A DNA stretch of 64,000 nucleotides from Lingula anatina (taxonomy: Eukaryota; Animalia; Brachiopoda): the NCBI GenBank assembly GCA_051362555.1, contig CM120643.1, positions 12,808,644 through 12,872,643 on the forward strand, in the 5' to 3' direction. Numbering within the stretch: position 1 is the stretch's first letter; every line of letters begins with the position of its first letter. Below the pieces are notes generated by a model. The model was not told where the DNA came from. It worked only from the letters and a program-made list of their open reading frames with translations, and searched no databases. Below are positions 1 through 10,325 of the stretch, in pieces. Position numbers and translations under genes: made by a program.

Positions 1-498
1 ATTTAGTTACCATAAAAGATAAGAAGAAAGAAAAACTGGCAAATGTGACACTTAACTAAAATAAAACTAAAATGATGCTGACACTAATTCTTTGTGATTA
101 AGAAGGTCCTTGAATGCAAAGGACGTTATTTATTCTCTGAACTTTGAACTGAGTTTGGGTGCCTACCCTGTGGAATAAAAAAAATATTGGTTTATATTTT
201 AAGCCTTTGTTTTCAAATTTCTCTTCTTTTTCTTTGCAAGAGAGTCAAAATTCAAGATACGTGTATGGGCTATAGCTCCGTGGCATTTCACCTGTGTTTT
301 TGGAAAAGTGTGGTATGTAAATGTCTACCTGATCTCTTGGACTAAGCTAGGTGGCATGCTGTGATGAGAGTAAAAGATTCTATCTATAGAAATTTATACT
401 CCCAAACAGCGATTCAGATTTTATATCTTTTTTATGTACAGACACAGATGTGTCTGTACATATAGCCATCATCTGCGTCTGTCGTCGCCGTCGTCGCT

Positions 499-539
<41 letters not shown>

Positions 540-547
540 GCACTTTT

Positions 548-1051
548 ACCGATAACACGATAAGTGGAAAACCATTTTGCCTTTTGATTTGAAACTTGCA
601 GAACTGATGAATATTCATAATACGCAGGTCAAGTTCGAAAATCAGCATGATCGGGTCACTCTTAGGGAATTTATGCTGTTTTTTCACTTTTTTCAACATA
701 TATGCAGCACCGATAACACAATAAGTGGAAAACCATTTTACCCTTTGGCTTGAAACTTACAGAACTGATGAATATTCATAATATGCAGGTCAAGTTCGAA
801 AATTGGCATGATTGGGCCATTTTTAGGGAATTTATGCTGTTTTTTCACTTTTTCAGCATATATGCAGCACCGATAACACAGTAAGTGGAAAACCATTTTA
901 CCTTTTGGCTTGAAACTTACAGAACTGATGAAAATTCTTAATACGCAGGTCAAGTTCGAAAATCAGCATGATTGGGCCATTTTTAGGGAATTAATGCTGT
1001 TTTTATGTACAGACACAGATGTGTCTGTACATATAGCCATCATCTGCGTCT

Positions 1052-1082
<31 letters not shown>

Positions 1083-1710
1083 CCGTGCACTTTTACCGAT
1101 AACACGATAAGTGGAAAACCATTTTACCTTTTGACTTGAAACTTGCAGAACTGATGAATATTCATAATACGCAGGTCAAGTTCGAAAATCAGCATGATTG
1201 GGTCACTTTTAGGGAATTTATGCAGTTTTTTCACTTTTTTCAGCATATATGCAGCACCGATAACACGATAAGTGGAAAACCATTTTACCTTTTGACTTGA
1301 AACTTACAGAACTGATGAATATTCATAATACGCAGGTCAAGTTCGAAAATCAGCATGATCGTGTCACTTTTAGGGAATTTATGCTGTTTTTTCACTTTTT
1401 TCAGCATATATGCAGCACTGATAACATGATAAGTGGAAAACCATTTTACCTTTTGACTTGAATCTTACAGAACTGATGAATATTCATAATACGCAGGTCA
1501 AGTTCGAAAATCAGCATGATTGGGCTATTTTGAGGGAATTTATGCTGTTTTTTCACTATTTTCAATATAAATGCAACACTGATAACACTATATAAGAAAA
1601 ACGGATTGGCCAATTGTAATTATACTCACAGGAGTGGTCAATCTTACTAAAACGCAGGTTGAGTTTGAAAATCAGCATAATCAGCATAAAGTTATACTGT
1701 TTTTTTCACA
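548..1710. repeat. ~161-bp tandem repeat array (about 7 units in two blocks) inside the HINE-like element
   Basis: Anchor accgataacac/actgataaca recurs at 548, 709, 869 and then 1095, 1256, 1417, 1578 (period 160-161). Last unit is degenerate. Confidence 0.9.
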
Positions 1711-2112
1711 TTTCCTCAGATTCAATTCTTAAGCATGTTAACAGTCTCATTATTTAACTAATAAGATGCCTAAAAGTGTTTGTTTGATATTTCCTGCATC
1801 TTTACAACATTGTTAGTTGATTTTGTAAAAATGATGGTAAACTTGTTATTGTGTATTATGTTATAAAGTGTCAAAAATGGAAATAAACTCATATCATTGC
1901 AGTTTGTCAGATTCAATCATCCACTATGTTCAGAATCTCAGAATGGAGGATATTGGACATTTAACACTGTTCTATTGATACTTTTCCCATCTCATCAATT
2001 TTTTTAGTTGGTCATATAAAAATGGCAGTAAAATGTTTATTTTGTTTTATGTTAAAAAAGTGTTAAAAATGGAAATAAACCCATTTCAGAACAGTGCTGT
2101 CTTGTTTACATT

Positions 2113-2820
2113 TTGGCATTTTCAATATGTGACTTTGAAGTTCCATGGGCCTGAAGACCTTTGCTAGTCACATTTTCTGAATATCTGTGATACAAATATT
2201 TTATAATTAAAAATTGATGGTCATTAAGCTGTTAAACATTATGTAATATTGCATCAAAATTTGAAGAAACCCCTATTTTGGGCACTGCTTCCATGATGAC
2301 CATTTAAGGAAAATCATGTCCTTTACTGTTCTCAAACTTACAGGAAAGAAACATGGGACTAAAATACAGCTTCAGTAGGCAATGCAGTCTGTTTGGTATT
2401 TTTTTTATTTTTTATTTTATTTTTATTTTTATTTTTTTGGCAGTTAAACAGTTTTTTGTGAAAATTTAATTTTTCACATATTGGCATTTTCAAGGTGTGA
2501 CTTTAAAGTTCCATGATCTTGAAGACTTTTGCTTGTCACATTTTCTGAATGTCCATGTTACTAATATTTTATTAATAACATTTGATTGTCATTATGCTGT
2601 TAAACATTATTTAATGTTGTATCAAAATTTGAAGAAACCCCTATTTTGGGCACTGCTCCTATGATGACCATTTAAGGGAAATCATGTCACTTACTGTTCT
2701 CAAACTTATAGGAAAGAAACATGGCACTAAAATACAGCTTCAATAGGCAATGCAGTCTGTTTGGTAAATTTTTCTGGCAATTGAACAGTTTTTTGTGAAA
2801 ATTTAATTTTTCACTTATTT
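2113..2820. repeat. Two-copy ~350-370 bp tandem duplication
   Basis: The block ttggcattttcaa...gaagaaaccc...cttactgttctcaaactta...aatgcagtctgtttggta...ttttcac starts at 2113 and again at 2481. Confidence 0.85.
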
Positions 2821-3304
2821 GCATCTTTATTTTCTGTTCCTTGTCTGTACATTTGACAGCTTTGCTGCCTTGTTTTTTTTTTTTTTTTTTTTTTTTTTGG
2901 GGGGGGGGGGGGGGGCAGAAAGGTTCATTTCAAAATTAAAAGTATCCCACACGGGGTGTTGCGCCAAATCAAATATTTTCCCAAGGAAAATAGCAAATGT
3001 CTCCATTGAATTTAATAATACAAAAATGTTTCTTGTACCTTTTAACAGAGAAGTAGAGCTTTTAATAAGCTTGAAGTTTTAAAGATAAAAGCACACGCCC
3101 CTTCACGTCGTAAGTATGAATCAGTTTGTGAAAGAAATCAGGTCAAACAAATGAGTTTTTCGTAAATGTTTCGTGTTTCAAAAATATTGAAAATACCCAT
3201 ATCAAATGTCAAGGTAATGAATAATTTAAAATCAGTCAGTATTGAAAAATAAAAATGCTAACCAAAGTTGCAAGTTCGGTTTCCCTGCGCAGTGCAGTCG
3301 GCTA

Positions 3305-3430
3305 GGGAATTCCCAAATGACGTCACACTCTTAAGGCATGGCGCATGCGCATAACAAGTAGGCAAAGGGGCTTGTTAGGATTACTAGTGTACATGTAGTT
3401 GCCTCTTGTGAAATTCAGAATGACCTAGCA
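3305..3430 (+). promoter_or_regulatory. Putative GSS copy 1 promoter with kB, CRE, NRF1 and ARE motifs
   Basis: GGGAATTCCC 3305-3314, TGACGTCA 3318-3325, GCGCATGCGC 3341-3350 and ATGACCTAGCA 3420-3430 (RTGACnnnGC). They lie upstream of a probable non-coding exon 3482-3512 (ttttgcag...gtgagt) and of the ATG exon. Confidence 0.55.
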
Positions 3431-3805
3431 CTTTTAAATATTGTTATTCTGCTAAATTTTTTTCGCTTTCCAATTTTGCAGATTTAAAGTTGAATCCAGC
3501 TGAAGGCTAAAAGTGAGTGCCCTTTATTCTGACATAAGTTATATTGATAAGCATAATTCATGTTTTTTGACGTTTGGACAGAGACTATAATTCACTAAAT
3601 CAGGGGAGCGGGTGAAAAGGTAAAGCTCGGTCAACTTTAAAGTTTGGTCGACCTTGAAAAATCAAGGTTGCTTCGTCGCCTTTTGCTGGATGGCACGCGT
3701 TAACATTCTATTTACGGTCTCTGATACAATGTATGTACAACCGGTATAATACGTGCTGCATGGACAGTACATGTAATTAACTCATGGATTTTCTGTAATT
3801 TCAGG

Positions 3806-6333
3806 ATGGAACCATGTATACCACTGCCCGTGAAAGAGGACGAGTTGCAGGAGCTGGTTTCCATGGCAAAAGACTGGGCCCTCACTCACGGTGAGTTGTT
3901 GAGTCAGGTGCGCTTTGATAGTCTGAAGGTTACGTGGTCCAAAAAAGGTTTTAAAAAATGAGAACATATTTATCAGTTGTATAAGAAAAGGGTTAGTTGG
4001 TATGAAGTTTCTATAGTGAACATTCAAAGCTATGAATTTTTGGACTATTGAATGCCTCGGACTATTGTCATTAACCCAATGAGTCAGAGAATTAAAAAAG
4101 GGACCATCAAAAAATACTCTGCCTGATTAACTGTCAACAGGGTACAAAACTAATTTCTTTTAATTTCTCAGATATTCAAGTTTGGGTTATAAATGCCTTA
4201 CCTCTTATAGCACACACATAATTGATTTTGATTTAAATATTACTTATTTAGTTTAAGAATGGGACATGATGGGTATGTTGGTCAGTCCAAATACTCACCA
4301 GAGAGAAAGTGCCCAGGCTTCACAGGTGCTTTGTCCATGCCCAGATTAGATCTATATGTTATAGCTTTACCAACAATTACTGTTATTATTATCATTATAG
4401 TATGTATTATTTTTAGGAATCACTATGCGCACTGCAGACAGACCAACGTCATCAGAAGTAACTAATTACGCCCCTTTTCTGCTTCTGCCTTCACCATTCC
4501 CAGAGCGACTTTTTCACCAAGCATGCGCAGTGCAGCAAGACTTTAATCTTCTCTATCACCGAGTAGCACACGACCATGACTTTCTGCAGTCAACTCTCCA
4601 GAGGTATATGAGAAGAGTTTATCTGCTCCTCAACACTCATTCTAAAATTGGTATTCAAAATTAACTTCAGCTTCCTTGAAATGTTTCTCAGAGTATGCTG
4701 TTTATTTTTCTCCAGCAAAATAATTTCTTTTTGAACAATGTTTCTTTTATTGTTGATAGATTATAGTCATCTGGTTTAAGTTTTTTTGTTTATTTTCTGC
4801 ACATGCAAATAGACTGAGAAGAATTTGGTTAATTTTTTCCAGTACAATTAAGGTGGATGATTTCACCAAGAGATTGTGGGACATTTATGAGACTGTGAGA
4901 AAGGAGGGAATTAAACAGGTAACAAAGCACCAGGAAAAGTTATATATATCTTTAATTACACTACCCCAGCGTATATACACACTTTCCTCATTCTGAAATG
5001 TATTTTTATCTATAGCCTTTCAATATGTGACCCATCATAGTGGAAAGCAGTATTCACTAGAAGTGGTTTAAAATTAGAAATCTTGTCAGATTTGTAAATT
5101 GGAATAATTTTGATTGATTTTTACTTTCATGAAAATTACAGTAAAATAACTCAATTATAAAATCACAGTTAAATAATAATGACAGTTTGCTTGTTTTTAA
5201 ATGTTTCTTTATAATAAAAGGTCAACATGTGAATGAATATATGTTTCATTCATACCAAAAATGTGCTTCTTAAAAACTTTTAACCTTGAAAAATCCTCCC
5301 ACTAACTGTCACCTTATATATTTCAGCCTGTGAGTCTTGCTATCAACAGAAATGATTTTATGACCGACTCTCAGGGCCGCACCCTCTCCACCCCGGAAGA
5401 TGTGAACACCCTGGGGATCAAAGAGGTCGAGTTTAACACTATAGCTTCAAGTTTTGCTGGTCTAGAAACTCAAGTTGGGATTTTCCACAGGTAGAGGCAA
5501 TACTTAGTTTTAATCAGGTGAAAATGAGAATGAATTTTGGTTCTGTAAGGATTGTGTTGTCAGATACGTAGTTTCATTAAATTTTCAGCAATCTGAAATA
5601 TTTTTGCCTCTGTTCCACACCTAATATAAGAGTCATTTCAACTTGGCTCTCACCAATGTTAAGAAAAGAAATCAAAATTAATGAAGTGATCCCATACCAA
5701 CGTTGCTATAGAATGGGGGAAATACATGCCTTTCGATATAATTGTTTGATGTTTGGGCTTATGCTGATATTCTATATAAAGTAATAGTACATGTACAAAC
5801 TGTTGGTGACAATGAAATGTAAGCGAATCTATGACAAAACTGTTGAGTTACAATACATGATGAAATGCTTTTTTATTTTAGGTTTATACTTGAAAGATGT
5901 GGTCTGGCAGACAAGGTCATCAAGGTATGTGTTTGGATGCCACATTCATAGCCTGCTAACAAACATACTGTAGAGCAGTATAAGGACAATCCCCTCCCCC
6001 CCCCCCCCCAAAAAAAATATATATATATCACATAAATCAGACTTCTCTGACACTGACACACCTTCCACAGTGGCACAATAGCCTTACACATTGACATTTA
6101 CCAGGTGTCACAGCCAACATTGAAAAAATCTGTCATATCTTCAAACCCCAAATTGGTGAACTTCTTCTCTTATTTCAGCTACCTGCTAATACATGTGTGC
6201 CAGGAATAGCTGGTGGTATGGTTCAGGCTTGGGAACTGTATGGCAACACAGAGTAAGTTATTCAGTGTTCATAAGTTTTCTTGTTAATTAAGTCAGCTGA
6301 TAAGGCAGCTTGGTGTATGAGATTAACTTTACC

Positions 6334-6365
<32 letters not shown>

Positions 6366-9036
6366 GCCTTGGGTTACTGTGTGCGTGCCTGTGTGCATGA
6401 TTTGTGGAGTTTTTATTGACATTTATTATAAAAGCAGCATAATTTTACAATATTTACTTGAATTGCAGAGCGGTGATATTGTTTTTGACGGAGACAGTTT
6501 CGAGAAACATATTTGACCAGCGCTGGCTGGAGTGGGGGATATATGAAATCAACAGCAAGGTGAAGGTCCTCAGAAGGAGTTTCGATCAAGTTTACAGAAA
6601 GTCGCAGCTCACTGAGGATAACAAGTTAATACTGTAAGTTATCCCTTGAAATCAAGTTAGGTAATTTAGTTATGACCTTTAGAGAAATTGAATTTGAATG
6701 TTGTTTTTATGATACACAACTCTCGAAAAGATGGTTGAAGTTAGAAGGCAGGATATAACTTAAGTTATTTTATTGTCAAACAATACAACCCCCTGGTAAC
6801 AGACATCTATTCCTCTGCTTAAATGGTGATGAATACACCAAAGAAAAACATTTGGTTTTCACTTTTGAAAAGCCCCATTACTGCACTATATCTGTACAAG
6901 AAACCAAGCACCTTTTTACCTCAGTGATGAAAATGTATTTTTATTCTGAATTTGAACTGAAAAATCCTGTACCTTAAAAGAATTAATTAAAATCATGCAG
7001 ATTTGATCAGCTCATGCCCTGTATTTCAGTGAAGGTCATGAGGTGGCTGTGGTCTACTTCAGATGTGGATACTCCCCGAATGATTACATCACAGAGGAGG
7101 TAGGTAGATGAAGTAGGTGATGGGTGCATGTAATTCATTTATAAAGGGTTTTGATAAGACTGGTGTTATTTAATACGGTAAAAGTCCATTAAGAATTTAT
7201 CTTTCAAGAGTTCAGTGCAAATACTAGAATTTTTAGTGTATTTCTGGTACATGTTCACTTAAAAAAGTCAAGTCTGCAGTCTTGGGGGTTGTAATCTTGG
7301 GAAATGTAGTATATTATGAAGTTATCAATCTTATTTGTTTTTAGAGCATAAGTCTAATTGAAAATGTATGACTCTCATTGTAGACTACCAAAATATGCAG
7401 AGTAAACTTATGCTTATTCCCAGTCCTTCACAGATACCACAAATTTTATGTCCCTTTGTATGATAATACTTACAGCCAATGATAATTACCAAACTCCATT
7501 CTAGGACTGGACAACCAGGCTAAGGATAGAAAGGTCCACTGCCATCAAGTGTCCCAACATCTACTATCATCTGGCAGGTGCTAAAAAGGTACAACAAGAG
7601 CTTGGCAGGCCGGGAGTGGTGGAACGGTTTATACAGGACTCTGAGGCTGTGAAGAGAATTAGAGCAACTTTTGCTGGCATGTACTCCCTGGAAAGGGTAA
7701 GAGAGAGAGAGAGTATTTGTAAAATTCACAATTTTCCCCATGGAGAAGATTGGGTCATTACTGTATTCACACATTCAATTAAAAGATTACTATCATGATG
7801 GTAATTTAAAGGTAGTTGACTAAAAAAAAACGTCACAGGTTACTGACACCCTTGTAATCTCCAGGATGCTGAGGGTGATGCTGCTGTTGCCATGGCAATG
7901 GAGAATCCATTCAAATATGTTCTCAAACCTCAAAGGGAAGGTGGAGGTACGTAAAAACTTTTCTGTGATCTTCATGTGACATAAGACATATCAGACTTAC
8001 AAACATTTTTATATGAAGAACTCTGTTACAAGCATTAGGATGTGAGTGTTGGTTATCCTTGAAATCACAAGACCCATTTTCAAAAGTGGTTTAATTCCTG
8101 AAAAAGTGCTTTGGAGTAATACAATTTAAGACACTTGTATTTTGGGCCATGACTAATTTTTCACCCCACTTAGGACACTCAGTATGAAGTTCTGTGAAAA
8201 AATTTTCCCCATTGTTTTTTATTACTGAAGAAAAAAAACATGTAACATATACATCGCACAGACCAAAATTATATATATATATATATATAGATGTCAAAAA
8301 TACATTACTTAATCTTGTGATGATGATGATGATTGTTGAGGTATTTATAAATTGACAGAAAAATTATTAAAATATGATATTATATCAATTCAGGAAATAA
8401 CTACTTCGGAGAAGATGTCAGAAAGGTGTTGGAGCGTGTTCTAGACAGTGATGAAAGAATGGCGTACATTCTGATGGAGAGGATCCATCCTGTGCCTTTC
8501 CAGAACTACGTACTGCGTGCTGAATCTCCTGTACAACCCAATACCATGCTCAGTGAATTGGGTGTATATGGGGTGCTTATTGGGTGAGTGAATTGGGAAT
8601 ATACGTGGTGCATATACAACAGAATTGTGATATACAGGGTGCTTATAGGATAAAACTGGGAAAATACAGTGTTCACTTATGGGGAGGTTAATATTTAGAA
8701 TTTTACCCTTTTTATACCAAGGGCTTAAGAATGAAATGTGTCAGTCACTTTTTCTCTATTCTTTACTGATATTAGCCTACAGGTTTCAGGCTTCTTTATC
8801 AGTCAATTTGTTTTTCTGGCTTTGCAAGTGTTTGAATTAATGTATTTGGTTCTTTGACTACACAAAGGAAAATGAAAATGATCACACCTATTTTCTTTGT
8901 TATCTTTTACAGGACCTCTGACCGTATCATCACTAACAAACAGTGCGGGCATTTACTGAGAACCAAAACCTCGGACACCAATGAAGGGGGCGTGGCAACA
9001 GGCTACTCTGCTATAGACAGCCCGTATTTAGTATGA
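3806..9036 (+). CDS. GSS: Glutathione synthetase, eukaryotic type (copy 1), 483 aa, 12 coding exons
   Basis: Exons 3806-3890, 4417-4603, 4843-4918, 5327-5490, 5882-5924, 6179-6252, 6469-6633, 7030-7099, 7505-7696, 7865-7946, 8394-8583, 8913-9036. All GT-AG, phases consistent, 1452 nt. Motifs [93 protein letters not shown]...EGGVATG...DSPYLV*. Confidence 0.97.
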
Positions 9037-9907
9037 TGCAACAGAACTTTCTGTATACTGTCATTATCTTGTATAGCAGGAGAGATCAGATAATGTTGTT
9101 AACTACTGTTAATTTTAGTATAAAAACGGGATAGAATACACACTACTATAAACAGTACTTATTTTTAAGAAATTGATCGAAATCATCATGGTTTATTTAG
9201 TACTTACTGGTGCTGAATGGGGAAACTGATGCGGATTTAAAGTCAAACAATTGTTTTTTCTCAGGGTTTCTGATGTTACTTTGGACCATTTACTGATCTG
9301 AAAATATCACTGTAGTGAACAATGCTAAAAACATTCCTATTTATAAAGGGAACATAACACACTAACTCAGTAAGACAAATATGTAGCATTGCCAATAGAA
9401 GTAAAAAGCAAGAAAAAAATGCATTTAATCAGCCAGAAATGCAAGAGGAGTTCTGGATAAGCATCACTGCCATATTTCAAAAATCAAGTTAACATGTCTA
9501 TTGTAATATTGTTCCTTGCTGGAGGTGCTTCACCCCGAGTGAGGTGCTGGTGTAAAAGAACCGGTTGGTTCAAAATGTAAAGCTTTAATAAAAGGGAAAA
9601 TGTGCAAGATTACGCAGAGTTGCGTTTGTTATTTAATTTACCGACACCGGCAGAACTTAGCCAGTGGAAATACGCGCCAGGATTACCATTTTGAAGAAGG
9701 TAGCATTTTTTTTTTTTTTATTTTTCATTATTTCGAACGATTTTAGTAAGTTCATATCATTGATGTTTGCTGTGAACAGTTCATTTTGTCATTGTGACAT
9801 TTTGAATGGGTTGCTTTGTTCTATTATACTCGGTAAAGTCCATCATGTTGGATCCGTTCCTACAGTGTATCAGTTGTTTTAGTATTTGTTTAAACAAATT
9901 ACAGCAG

Positions 9908-9967
9908 AAGCCGCCAGATTTATTACTCAAGATCTAACAGAAAGCCGCCAGATTTATTACTCAAGAT
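9908..9967. repeat. Short direct tandem duplication (26-bp identical core, period 34)
   Basis: aagccgccagatttattactcaagat at 9908-9933 and 9942-9967. Confidence 0.85.
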
Positions 9968-10222
9968 TTCAAATCCTGTGACCCTGGATGTGTGACTAGA
10001 ATGTTTTGCGACTTAAACTCCCCATACGTCAAGAGCGGAGGAAATAGCTGTGTTAGGCTTTTCCATGTGGGTGAAAGGGGGGGGGGCTCTATACCGCCTT
10101 ATTCGTATCTTCACGCCGCATTTATGCCAAGGTTTCCCAGTATGCTGGTTCTGAATCCACATAAACATTGTAACATTGAATGTTATCTTTTGTATTGATG
10201 TGTATATGCCCGCAGGAGCAAG

Positions 10223-10232
10223 ATGACGCAGC
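10223..10232 (+). promoter_or_regulatory. ARE-like motif upstream of GSS copy 2
   Basis: ATGACGCAGC fits RTGACnnnGC (Nrf2/CncC-Maf element). The motif is short and could be a chance match. Confidence 0.3.
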
Positions 10233-10325
10233 TAACAGTTTTCAAAGTTTTTCCCCTAAATCGCACAGAATATTATAGGATAAATTATTCTGTGTTTCAG
10301 ACGGTGTACGTTTGGGCATATAAAC

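Larger units (their letters stand above)
433..2872. mobile_element. Non-autonomous Helentron-associated (HINE/DINE-1/pearl-like) element with internal tandem repeats
   Basis: Starts in a T-run with a perfect 14-bp-arm hairpin tatgtacagacaca-ga-tgtgtctgtacata (433-462, repeated at 1004-1033), followed by a (GTC/GCC)n microsatellite and core tandem repeats. The 3' end has the complementary subterminal repeat tgtctgtacat (2842-2852), a short stem-loop cagc-ttt-gctg (2857-2867) and a T-run. This matches the established HINE layout; the family assignment is inference. Confidence 0.7.

Noticed and set aside
469-1110. Short ORFs with poly-Asp/Gly or poly-Arg tracts
   Set aside because: They are translations of the (GTC/GCC)n microsatellite and the 161-bp repeat.
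6490-6525. [12 protein letters not shown] lacks the Glu seen in human QEKERNIFDQR
   Set aside because: Identical in both copies, and from memory similar patterns occur in other protostome GSS proteins. It is not evidence of a new function.
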